Source: Verrucomicrobiota bacterium
GTDB lineage: Bacteria; Verrucomicrobiota; Verrucomicrobiia; Palsa-1439
Assembly: GCA_003152315.1 (NCBI GenBank)
Contig: PLZV01000053.1
Location: 48,931-112,930, forward strand
Length of the DNA: 64,000 nucleotides
Direction of reading: 5' to 3'
The position numbers and the translations under genes were made by a program. This document shows, one piece after another, positions 19,353-28,671 of this stretch. The notes below the pieces were generated by a model. The model was not told the DNA's origin, did no database searches, and saw only the letters and a list, made by a program, of their open reading frames with translations. Position 1 is the first letter of the stretch. Each line of letters begins with the position of its first letter.

Positions 19353-21560
19353 ATGAAGATCCTATCCTCCGCCTTGCTTGCCATCCTTCTGGGCACCGCG
19401 ACGGTCCAGGCCGTCAAGACCGACCGCTGGGAGTTGAAATCGCCGCAGGATTTCATGCGCGGCAAGCTGCAGCAGCTCATTGTCACCAGCAGCGGTGAAT
19501 TGCGGCTGGGGTATGGCAGCACGAAACTTGGCGAGTTCGCCAAGGAAATCTGGTGTTCGGCGGTCGATCGCGACGGGGCCATTTATTTTGGCACGGGTTC
19601 GCCGGCTGAGGTCTACGCGCTTGGCAAGGATGGCCGGACCACGAAGCTCTTCGAGGCAGATTCGATCGCCGTCACGGCGGTCGCACTTGATTCACGTGGC
19701 AATCTCTACGCGGCGACGATGCCGGAGGGCAAGATCTACAAGATCTCCACAGCCGGCAAGGGACCCGCGGCAAAAGCCGATGAGCCGTTCAGTAAGCTGC
19801 GTGCGCCGTACATATGGTCGCTGATCGTGGACAAACAGGACCGGCTTTTCGCGGGGACCGGCCCGGATGGGAAGATTTTCCACATCGGTGCCGATGGCAA
19901 AGCCGAAGAATGGTTCGCCGCGGAGGACTCCAATATTTTGTGCCTGGCACTCGATGCCGATGGCGCTCTGCTGGCCGGCGGCAGTGACCGCGGTTTGCTC
20001 TACCGCGTCGCGGAAAAGGGCAAAGGCGTCGTACTTCACGAATTTGCGGAGGACGAGGTGAAGGCGCTCACGGTGAACGGTAACGAAGTTTACATTGGCG
20101 TGAACCGACAGAAGATCAAGCGACCGCGTGGCGTGGCGGCGCGCCGCCCGAGCGCGGCGGAGTTCGAGGACCTCACGCAACAATTAGCCGTCCAGTTCGG
20201 CACGGCAGCAACAGCCGAGACTATGGGACGCGAGCGCGAGACGCCGCCCGAAGCGCGTTTGGCAAACTTGCTCGCGGGCACCCTCTACGTACGGCATGCC
20301 GACGGACGTGTCGACCGACTCGCGAATTGGGACAATGAATCCATTTTGGACGTGAAGGTCGACGGCGAAGGCGCAGTGTTGGCCGGTATGTCGGGCCAGG
20401 GTCGCGTGTACCGCGTCCGCGACAGCCAGAATTGGGAACTGCTTTTTGATTTTGACGAACAGCAAGTGCTGACCCTTGCCGTGCGTGACGGCAAGCTCGC
20501 GTTCGCCGGCACCGGCAACATTGGCAACGGTTATGGTATCGACGCGCAGAAGGCGCGTGACGGCGAGTTGACAAGTGAAGTGCACGACTGCCATTTTCTC
20601 ACGACGTGGGGCAACCTTTCGTGGATGGGCAAAGGCGCCATTGCCGTTGCCACGCGCACGGGCAACACCGCGTTACCCGACTCGACATGGTCGGCTTGGG
20701 CAGAGCCTGTCAAGACGTCGCCCACAAAGGTGACGAGCCCGCATGCGCGGTTTATCCAGGTACGCGCCCAACTCACCGCGGCTTCCGACCCGGTATTGGA
20801 GTCGCTGAATCTATATTATCGGATGCAAAATCAGAAACCGGAGGTCTCTTCGGTTGAGATCGGCGACAAACCAAAGGCATCGGCTGAAAAGCCGAAGAGT
20901 GACCTGCCGAACGATTTAAAGTCGGACGATGGCGACGCCGAAGCCGCCGCCAGCGCGACCCTCCAACGCGCGACCGCATCGCCAAAGACAGAGGAGGAGC
21001 GTCCAAAACCCGCCACGCCCATCAAGGAAATCCATTGGCGCGCCAGCGACAAGGACGGCGACACGCTTGTTTATCGGCTCTTCTACCAGGCCGATGGGGA
21101 TGAAGCCTGGGTGCCGGCGTTTTTGGACAAGCCGTTGAAGAAGATGGAATACTCATGGAACACCGAGTCCATTCCCGACGGCTGGTATCGCATCAAGGTC
21201 GTTGCCAGCGACGAGGACTCCAACCTCGCGGGAGAAGCGCTGACCGACGGAAGAATCAGCGACCTCGTCAAAGTGGACAACACGCGCCCGCAGGTACAGC
21301 AACTCGCGTATGATACAACTAGCGGGATCCTCAAGGGAACGGCCCGTGACAATCTGAGCCTGATTCGCCACCTCGAATACTCAGTGGACGGCGGTGAGTG
21401 GAAGTTTTTCGCCCCGAACGACGGCGTGTTCGACGACCGCGAAGAAGCGTTCGAAGTTAAAATCGGCCCGCTCACCACAGGCTTGCATTTTATCGCCGTG
21501 CGCGCAACTGATGAGGATGGAAATATCGGTGTCGAGAAGGTGTCGGTGCGCGCGAAGTGA
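19353..21560 (+). CDS. Secreted beta-propeller protein with C-terminal Ig/cadherin-like domains
   Basis: 735 aa with the signal peptide MKILSSALLAILLGTATVQA. Blade-like units repeat (DGAIYFGTG, RGNLYAAT, DRLFAGTG, DGALLAGGS, VYIGV). The C-terminal part has DKDGDTLVY and ATDEDGN. It lies 6 nt downstream of the S55 gene. Confidence 0.55.
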   Translation: MKILSSALLAILLGTATVQAVKTDRWELKSPQDFMRGKLQQLIVTSSGELRLGYGSTKLGEFAKEIWCSAVDRDGAIYFGTGSPAEVYALGKDGRTTKLFEADSIAVTAVALDSRGNLYAATMPEGKIYKISTAGKGPAAKADEPFSKLRAPYIWSLIVDKQDRLFAGTGPDGKIFHIGADGKAEEWFAAEDSNILCLALDADGALLAGGSDRGLLYRVAEKGKGVVLHEFAEDEVKALTVNGNEVYIGVNRQKIKRPRGVAARRPSAAEFEDLTQQLAVQFGTAATAETMGRERETPPEARLANLLAGTLYVRHADGRVDRLANWDNESILDVKVDGEGAVLAGMSGQGRVYRVRDSQNWELLFDFDEQQVLTLAVRDGKLAFAGTGNIGNGYGIDAQKARDGELTSEVHDCHFLTTWGNLSWMGKGAIAVATRTGNTALPDSTWSAWAEPVKTSPTKVTSPHARFIQVRAQLTAASDPVLESLNLYYRMQNQKPEVSSVEIGDKPKASAEKPKSDLPNDLKSDDGDAEAAASATLQRATASPKTEEERPKPATPIKEIHWRASDKDGDTLVYRLFYQADGDEAWVPAFLDKPLKKMEYSWNTESIPDGWYRIKVVASDEDSNLAGEALTDGRISDLVKVDNTRPQVQQLAYDTTSGILKGTARDNLSLIRHLEYSVDGGEWKFFAPNDGVFDDREEAFEVKIGPLTTGLHFIAVRATDEDGNIGVEKVSVRAK

Positions 21561-21639
21561 ATTTGTAACCACGCTTCCATCAAGCGCAGATTAATTCTGG
21601 CACTTCGCAGAGGCGCTGTTACATCCGGAATCACGAGTC

Positions 21640-22302
21640 ATGATCCACCTTGAAAACATCAGCGTTGAGTACCGACTGAAGAGTGAACGCGTGCAGGCGC
21701 TACGCAATCTTAACCTGCATGTACGCGAGGGCAGTTTCGAGGCCATCATGGGGCCGAGCGGCTCGGGCAAGACGACACTCATCCAACTCATTGCGGGTTT
21801 GCTCACACCCACTGCCGGCGAAGTGATTGTCTCGGGCGAGAATCTGAGCCGCCTGGGCGATGAAAAGATCTCCTCGTTTCGCAACCGCACCATTGGCTTC
21901 GTCTTTCAGTTCTTTAATCTGCCGAATTATTACACCGCGGTGGACAACGCGGCGTTGCCGTTGGTGTTCGCGGGTGTTGACGAACGGACGCGCCGGCTCC
22001 GGGCGCGTACGTTACTGGCAGAGTTCGGGCTGCAAGATCGATTGGATCACAAGCCGGACCAGCTCTCAGGCGGCGAGGCGCAACGCGTCGCCATCGCCCG
22101 CGCACTGATTAACAACCCGAAGATCATCCTCGCCGACGAACCAACCGGGAACCTCGACCGCGACACGGGCGGGCATGTGATGGAGTTGCTGCAGAAGATC
22201 AACCGCGAGCGCGGCGTGACGGTGCTGATGGTCACGCACGATGAGAAGGCCGCCGGGTTCGCCCAACGGATCATCCGCATCGAGAAGGGGGAGTTGGTGT
22301 GA
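21640..22302 (+). CDS. ABC transporter ATP-binding protein (LolD/MacB/FtsE-type)
   Basis: It has Walker A GPSGSGKTT, the signature LSGGEAQRVAIARAL, and Walker B ILADEPTGNLD. Confidence 0.9.
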   Translation: MIHLENISVEYRLKSERVQALRNLNLHVREGSFEAIMGPSGSGKTTLIQLIAGLLTPTAGEVIVSGENLSRLGDEKISSFRNRTIGFVFQFFNLPNYYTAVDNAALPLVFAGVDERTRRLRARTLLAEFGLQDRLDHKPDQLSGGEAQRVAIARALINNPKIILADEPTGNLDRDTGGHVMELLQKINRERGVTVLMVTHDEKAAGFAQRIIRIEKGELV

Positions 22303-23810
22303 TCCGCCGGCGCGATTACCTGTTGTTGACGACGCAGAAGCTGGCGCTGCGGAAGAAGCGCGCGGTGTTTGCCATCATTTCAGTCGCGCTCGGCGTGATC
22401 GTGGTCGTCACGGCAAATTCGCTACTGGAAGGCGTGCGCGATGTGGCCGTGAAGACGATTTGGACGGAAGAGATCGATCCCGACCTGATTCGTGTGTATG
22501 CGGGAGAAAACCCGTATGAGCTTCTCCCGCCGGAGGAGGGGCCGAAACAGAAGGCGAAGAAGCGGATCGAGTACTTGAGCGAAGCGGTGTTCGACGAGAT
22601 TCGTGGCTGGCCCGGAGTTGAGGCAGCCGACCGGCCCGTCGTGGTGCAGCCAGTGAGCGTGAATGGGTTCGACAAGCGTCCACGCGGCGTATCCGAATTC
22701 CAAGGTGTGCCCGAGCCAATGCTGCTCCGTTACATAGCCGACCGCGCGCTGGTGACCGCAAATAGCAATGCGATCCCCCTAGTTGTCGGCGAGCGCAACG
22801 TGCGGCTCCGCTTCGATGAGGAGCGCGGCAAACTTGAGTCCGATCCCGGGGGCGAAAAGGCCTGGCTCGGTCGCGAAGTCATGATCCTGCTCGGTGACAA
22901 CTACGCGCGGATCACTCGATTTCAGTATGATTACAACAAGCGCGAGTTCAAGCCGTTGAGTGAGGATGAAGTCGTGTCGCAGCACGACACGATGGAGCGC
23001 AACTTCCGGGTGCAGTATGACACGGTCGTCTTTAACACGACGCTCACGCTTAAAGGGCGCATTGTTGGGTTTTGTCCCGGAAACAAGGTGCTAATCCCGC
23101 TCGAAACGGCGGAGCTGTGCGAGAAATGGATCAACCAGCGCAACCGCCTCGCTTCGCGGAATCCCGCACGCGAGACCAGCGAGGTCATCTATGGCGAACG
23201 GGGCCGTCGCACGCCGAAAACGGGTGAGTACACCGAAGGCGCCGTGTTGGTGAAAAAGGGTGCGAACATCGAAGCCATTGCCAAGCGCATCGAGGAGATG
23301 GGGTTTTCCGTGGTGACGCGGGCGCGAATGTTCGAGGACCAGGCGCGGGCGTTCGACAGCAGCATGCGTATCGTGAAGAAAGTGGCGTTCGCGTTTGGCG
23401 GCCTGATTCTCGGGTTAGCGTGTGGGCTGGTGTGGAGCACCACCTCAAAGACGGTGTCCGACAGTCGCACCGACATTGGCCTCTTCCGTGCGCTGGGCGC
23501 CACGAAGCGCGAGATTCGCCGGTTGTTTCTCGGCGAGGCGATGCTGCAAGGCGTGCTCGGCACGGTCGTTGGGATGGTCCTCGGTTGGGGGCTGGCGCTG
23601 GCGATCAGCCATTGGGTGATCGGCTTCGCGCGCCGCTCGATTTATGAACCCGAGGAAGCGCTGCTCATCCCCAACTCGATTTTTTCCATGAACCTCCGGT
23701 TTTGTCTCCTGCTTATCGGCGGCGCGGCGCTGGTTTCACTTCTGGCGGGATTGTTGCCCGCCAATCGCGCCGCGAATGTCGATCCTGTCAAAGCGCTGAA
23801 GAGGGAGTAA
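22299..23810 (+). CDS. ABC transporter permease, FtsX/MacB-like, with a large periplasmic domain
   Basis: 503 aa. The architecture is one N-terminal TM helix, roughly 300 hydrophilic residues, then three C-terminal TM helices. It ends with the FtsX-domain tail PANRAANVDPVKALKRE. It overlaps the ATPase gene by 4 nt. Confidence 0.8.
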   Translation: MIRRRDYLLLTTQKLALRKKRAVFAIISVALGVIVVVTANSLLEGVRDVAVKTIWTEEIDPDLIRVYAGENPYELLPPEEGPKQKAKKRIEYLSEAVFDEIRGWPGVEAADRPVVVQPVSVNGFDKRPRGVSEFQGVPEPMLLRYIADRALVTANSNAIPLVVGERNVRLRFDEERGKLESDPGGEKAWLGREVMILLGDNYARITRFQYDYNKREFKPLSEDEVVSQHDTMERNFRVQYDTVVFNTTLTLKGRIVGFCPGNKVLIPLETAELCEKWINQRNRLASRNPARETSEVIYGERGRRTPKTGEYTEGAVLVKKGANIEAIAKRIEEMGFSVVTRARMFEDQARAFDSSMRIVKKVAFAFGGLILGLACGLVWSTTSKTVSDSRTDIGLFRALGATKREIRRLFLGEAMLQGVLGTVVGMVLGWGLALAISHWVIGFARRSIYEPEEALLIPNSIFSMNLRFCLLLIGGAALVSLLAGLLPANRAANVDPVKALKRE

Positions 23811-23860
23811 GTGAAGCCATCCCTGGGCGGATGGGTTGCGAAGCAGGAGAAAGCTTGCGG

Positions 23861-25849
23861 CTACACGCGAATAGGGAGGAGGACGAAGGGGAAGCCGGCG
23901 TGGTAGAAGCGTTTTTGGACGGCGAAGACGGTGTAGTTATGGAGCCAGCGGGAGGCGAAGGTATCCTTCGGGAAAACAAGCTGGCCGCCGAAGAAAACAC
24001 TGTTGGGGAATTTCGCGACGATCTTCGGAGCGATCTGATCCAGTTCTTCCACGACATCGGTGCCGAGCGCGTAGAAAGCTTCGGCATAATGGCCATGCTC
24101 GCGCATGTAATCGACGTAGTGTTCGAGTTCATCGAGTACGTGACTGCGAAGATGGTCGATTTCGTCGGAACCCTTGAAGTTACCGGCGTCGATGATTCCC
24201 ACCTGCACGAAAACGAAATTCTTGAACACGCCCCCGAAGACGCGCATGACGCCGAGAAGCGTGTGGAGGCCGAGACCATTGTAGCCGCTGACGAGGATGA
24301 CGGCGGTCTTGGCTTTCGGGTTGCACGTGGGATCGGGCCTGGCTTCCACCGGCTCATCCATACCCGTATCGATGGCGGCGACCTTGACGAGATCGTTGAG
24401 CCGCCGCAGTAAATGGCCAGTGTATCGATAATGACGATGAATCAGCAACGCGACAACTACCAGGCCGGCAGTCAGCAGGATCGTGATCCAACCGCCTTCC
24501 CAGAATTTTAGGGAGGTCATCACGACAAGGATCGTGGTACACAGAAGCAGACCGAGGCCGTTGATGAAAAGTTTCTTGCGGCGGTGGTCGACGCCTTTAT
24601 CAGCCGTCCACCAGTGCCGCACCATACCGAGTTGCGAGAGCGCGAAGGTGATGAACACATTGATACTGTAGAGGACCACCAGGATCTGCACCTTGCCGCC
24701 CGACAGATACATGACCAGGAACGCGGCAAGACCCATGAGCAGAATGCCATTTTGCGTGACGAGCCGATCGCTAAGCGTTGCGAACTTCGTCGGCATCCAC
24801 CGGTCGAGCGCCATGTTGGAGAGGACGCGCGGGCCGTCGAGGAAACCCGTTTGGGCGGCGACAAACAACAGCAGCGCCTCGGAAACCAACGCTACCAACA
24901 CGAACCACCGTGCGCCACTACCCCAGTGGGCGGTCAGGTTCTCAAAAAGCACCGCGTTGAGTGTTTTGTGCGGGTCGTAGATAACGTGCAGGAAGAGGTA
25001 GGCAAACATTAATCCCGTGGCGGTGAATGCCAGTGAGATCGCCATGTAGTGCATTGTTCGTTTGCCTGTCTGCACTTTCGGTTCGCGCAAAATGGGGAGG
25101 CCATTGCTGACCGCTTCGATACCGGTGTAAGTGCCCGCGCCCATGCTGTACGCGCGCAACATTAACAACATTGTCCCCAGGAGCCCCAGTTCGGCGCGCG
25201 CCTGTCGAACGTTATCCATGGTCGCGGTGAAGACCTGGCCGAGTTCGCCGGCATGTACGACCAGTGCATACACAATCACGAACACATGCGTGAGCACGAA
25301 GACCATGAACACCGGCACGAGCGGCACCACCGACTCCTTCACGCCGCGGAGGTTCAGCAAGGTCAACACCAATACCCCAAAAATGGCAAAGCCCAGCTTG
25401 TGTGCGAGCCACGACTCGGGCAGAAAGCTGAACAGCGCATCCGCACCGCTGGCAACGGAAATCGTGATTGTTAACACGTAATCGATGAGGAGAGCGCAGC
25501 CGGAGATCATGCCGACGGTGGGCGAGAGCAGTTTGCTTGCGACGAGATAGCCGCCGCCGCCCGTCGGGAATAATTCGATGATCTGCGAGTAACTGGTGCT
25601 GATGATGAATACCGTCAGGGCGGACGCCAGACCGACGAAAATGCTCAAGTAGGGGAGTGACCCGAGTGCCAGGAACGCCTCTTGTGGGCCATAGCAGGAT
25701 GACGACAAACCGTCGGCTCCCAGTCCGACCCATGCGAGAAAGGCAATGAGCGAGAGTTTGTGAAATACAGAGTGATCATGTGGGCTGAGGGAGCGGCCGA
25801 TGACCAGGGCTTTCACCCGCTTCGGTATCGATGTGTGGTTTTCGGTCAC
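23861..25849 (-). CDS. APC-superfamily transporter with a C-terminal cytoplasmic domain. KimA-like putative K+/H+ symporter, paralog 2.
   Basis: 662 aa. The motifs GADGLSSSCYGPQE, FPTGGGGYLVAS, LLIDYVLTITISVASG, LNLRGVKES and YSMGAGTYTGIEAVSNGLPILREP parallel B. subtilis KimA from memory (SSDALSSVAYGTEQ, YPQGGGAYIVS, LLVDYILTVAVSISAG, LNLRGLSES, FSSGCSALTGVEAISNAIPAFKNP). Confidence 0.65.
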   Translation of the reverse strand: MTENHTSIPKRVKALVIGRSLSPHDHSVFHKLSLIAFLAWVGLGADGLSSSCYGPQEAFLALGSLPYLSIFVGLASALTVFIISTSYSQIIELFPTGGGGYLVASKLLSPTVGMISGCALLIDYVLTITISVASGADALFSFLPESWLAHKLGFAIFGVLVLTLLNLRGVKESVVPLVPVFMVFVLTHVFVIVYALVVHAGELGQVFTATMDNVRQARAELGLLGTMLLMLRAYSMGAGTYTGIEAVSNGLPILREPKVQTGKRTMHYMAISLAFTATGLMFAYLFLHVIYDPHKTLNAVLFENLTAHWGSGARWFVLVALVSEALLLFVAAQTGFLDGPRVLSNMALDRWMPTKFATLSDRLVTQNGILLMGLAAFLVMYLSGGKVQILVVLYSINVFITFALSQLGMVRHWWTADKGVDHRRKKLFINGLGLLLCTTILVVMTSLKFWEGGWITILLTAGLVVVALLIHRHYRYTGHLLRRLNDLVKVAAIDTGMDEPVEARPDPTCNPKAKTAVILVSGYNGLGLHTLLGVMRVFGGVFKNFVFVQVGIIDAGNFKGSDEIDHLRSHVLDELEHYVDYMREHGHYAEAFYALGTDVVEELDQIAPKIVAKFPNSVFFGGQLVFPKDTFASRWLHNYTVFAVQKRFYHAGFPFVLLPIRV

Positions 25850-25987
25850 ATTCCAGGTTTCTTCTGCGCTGCGACGCCAGCTCTGTTAGCGGCAGATTAT
25901 AACCAAGACGCCGTGAATGACCAGCACCGGAAGGGCTTGAGGTCTGGATTACCATGACGGGGCCAGCACCGTCACCCCCGGTTGGGA

Positions 25988-28045
25988 TTACCCTGCCCTT
26001 GGCGTCACCAAAGGGCGGGCGGACTTCCGCTTCCGAAACAACCGGACCGGCAGAATCACAATCGGCACTCCCGCAAAACGGAGTCGCCTCTGGATGGCGT
26101 AGGCGGTTTCGTTGTGCAGGAGGCGGTCATACCAACGCGGTTCGTCGAAGACAAGCTCACCCGCGAAGAAGACAGCGTGCGAATTCTCATGAGCCAACTC
26201 GAGGCATAATTCCGAAACTTCATGAACGGCATCGGTGCCCACGCGATAGGCCGAGCGCGCGGGGATGCCGAGGCGGCCCGCCAGTTCGACGTAATGGGTG
26301 AGCGATGCCTTGGTTTTTTTCTCCAATCCATCGACTTGGTTGTCGCCTTTGAAGAACTCGGAATTGATCACCCCGACGGATACGAAGATGACATTACGGA
26401 ATACCTGCGGGAAGAGGCGGAAGACATTCAACATGCAATGAATACCCAGCCGCGCGTAGCCGCCGACGAGGATGACCGCGGTGGGTTTTTTCGGATCGAA
26501 CTCGGGCGCAGTCTGATTCGCATCGGCGGGAATATCCTCCAACGAACTCTCCACTTCACGGACCCGCTCGACGATGGTGCGGTAGTGACGACGAATGATG
26601 AAACACAGGCTGATGCACAACATCGTGACCACCAATGTGATCCAACCGCCTTCCTTGAGTTTCTCGCTGAGCATGACAACAAGAATCGACATGCAAAGCA
26701 CCAACCCCGTTGCATGCACAGGCAGATGCTTCTTCCAATGCGGGTCGGTCTTGCGATGGCGAATCCAGAACCGCACCATGCCCATCTCGGACAGGGAGAA
26801 GGTGGCAAAGACGTTGATGCTGTACATCACGACAAGGATGCCGATGCTGCCACGCGTGTAGGCCAGCGCCAACCCAGCGGCCACGCCGATCAGCAACACG
26901 CCGTTCTGCATCGTCAGCCGGTCCGACAACCCAGCAAATCGCCGCGGCAGCCACGAGTCAATGGCCATGTTGGCCATCACGCGCGGGCCATCGATAAAAC
27001 CCGTCTGGGCCGCGACCATTAGCAACACAGCTTCCGACGAGATTGTGACCGCCACAAACCAAGTGCCGGCCGGCAAACTGCCGATGTGGAAGCCACCCGC
27101 AAACTGATTCGCCAACACAGCGTTCAGTGTCTGACCTTCGACCGCCCTCACATGGAAGAGCATGTAACAAAGGAGCAATCCCCCGGCCGTTACCGCCAGG
27201 GACACGGCCATGTAGGTCATCGTCCGCTTGCCGGTCTCGACTTTCGGGTCGCGCATGATACCCAGACCGTTCGAGACCGCTTCGATTCCCGTGTACGTGC
27301 CGGCACCCATCGAATAGGCGCGCAGGAAGAGCAGGAACAGCCCCCATTTGCCCATTTGCGTCAGGCCATCGCGGAAGCCGTAATGGACGTCGTGCGCCAT
27401 CGCGGGCAAGTCCGTTACATGCATGAAACACCCGCCGAAAATCAAGATGATGTGCGTCACCACAAACGTCAGGAAGATCGGCACGAGCATGGAAACCGAT
27501 TCCTTCACACCGCGCAGGTTCATCATCGTCAGGAAAATGATCGCCACAAACTCCACCGGCAGCTTGTACGGCTGCCAAGCCAACGGCGCGAGACTGAAGA
27601 TTGCCTCGGTACCGGCGGCAATCGAAACCGTAATGGTGAGGATGTAGTCCACCAGCAGCGCGCAGCCGGAAACAACGCCGGCCGAGCTGCCGAGCAACTC
27701 AGTCGCGACCACGTAACCACCGCCACCGTGCGGGAAATGTTCGATGATCCGACTATAGGCGTACGAAATGATGAAAACCGTCAACGCCGTTGCCAGCGCG
27801 AGCATTACCGCCAGATATGTATGGTTGCCGAGCGCCAGGAACGCTTCGGGAGGTCCGTAGGCTGAGGATGACAATCCGTCCGCACCCAGCCCGACCCAGG
27901 CCAGGAAGGCAATCAACGAAATCTTGTGGCCGAGGGATGGATCATGAAGGTTGCGTGGTGCGCCAAACAGCACTCGTTTCAACCGCGACCGCATCAGGCG
28001 CGGCAGTCTCGGCTCGGAGACCGAGTTATCCATGGTGCAATTCAA
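25988..28045 (-). CDS. APC-superfamily transporter with a C-terminal cytoplasmic domain. KimA-like putative K+/H+ symporter, paralog 1.
   Basis: 685 aa with the same motif set as paralog 2. The track start is TTG at 28045, but the ATG at 28033 (MDNSVSEPRL...) is more likely. It is preceded by a c-di-AMP riboswitch. Confidence 0.7.
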   Translation of the reverse strand: MNCTMDNSVSEPRLPRLMRSRLKRVLFGAPRNLHDPSLGHKISLIAFLAWVGLGADGLSSSAYGPPEAFLALGNHTYLAVMLALATALTVFIISYAYSRIIEHFPHGGGGYVVATELLGSSAGVVSGCALLVDYILTITVSIAAGTEAIFSLAPLAWQPYKLPVEFVAIIFLTMMNLRGVKESVSMLVPIFLTFVVTHIILIFGGCFMHVTDLPAMAHDVHYGFRDGLTQMGKWGLFLLFLRAYSMGAGTYTGIEAVSNGLGIMRDPKVETGKRTMTYMAVSLAVTAGGLLLCYMLFHVRAVEGQTLNAVLANQFAGGFHIGSLPAGTWFVAVTISSEAVLLMVAAQTGFIDGPRVMANMAIDSWLPRRFAGLSDRLTMQNGVLLIGVAAGLALAYTRGSIGILVVMYSINVFATFSLSEMGMVRFWIRHRKTDPHWKKHLPVHATGLVLCMSILVVMLSEKLKEGGWITLVVTMLCISLCFIIRRHYRTIVERVREVESSLEDIPADANQTAPEFDPKKPTAVILVGGYARLGIHCMLNVFRLFPQVFRNVIFVSVGVINSEFFKGDNQVDGLEKKTKASLTHYVELAGRLGIPARSAYRVGTDAVHEVSELCLELAHENSHAVFFAGELVFDEPRWYDRLLHNETAYAIQRRLRFAGVPIVILPVRLFRKRKSARPLVTPRAG

Positions 28046-28057
28046 GTTTCCTCTCTA

Positions 28058-28198
28058 TTGGCCTACGAGGTTAGCTGACGGGCTCAGGCTGAGAAGAACA
28101 GGCTCGCCTGTTCCGGTTCAATGACCGGAATCCGCCCCAAACAACCCGGATCCCCCGTTCCATGCGACATACACGGATTTGGCAATAAGCGCGAAAGC
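28058..28198 (-). promoter_or_regulatory. c-di-AMP riboswitch (ydaO/kimA motif)
   Basis: The minus strand reads CGCUUAUUGCC...GGAACGGGGGAUCC...UGGGGCGGAUUCC...CUGAGCCCGUCAGCUAACCUCGUAGGCC. From memory, the B. subtilis ydaO leader has GCGGGGGACCCA, UGGGGUGAAUCC and CCCGAACCCGUCAGCUAACCUCGUAAGCG. The element ends about 25 nt before the start codon. Confidence 0.8.
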
Positions 28199-28329
28199 TT
28201 AACACAGGACACATCCGAGTCAATGCAAGCAAGTCTTTGTAGTCCAGAGGATTGCAACGAATGGAAGTTCGTTCCACACTCACTAACACCGCGCAGGGCG
28301 AGGCCCGATTGAGATTGCGTTTCTCTCGT

Positions 28330-28671
<342 letters not shown>

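Noticed and set aside
21561-21639. TGGCAC in the gap before the ABC ATPase gene as a possible sigma54 promoter.
   Set aside because: No GC dinucleotide lies at the required -12 spacing (TGGCACTTCGCAGAGG).
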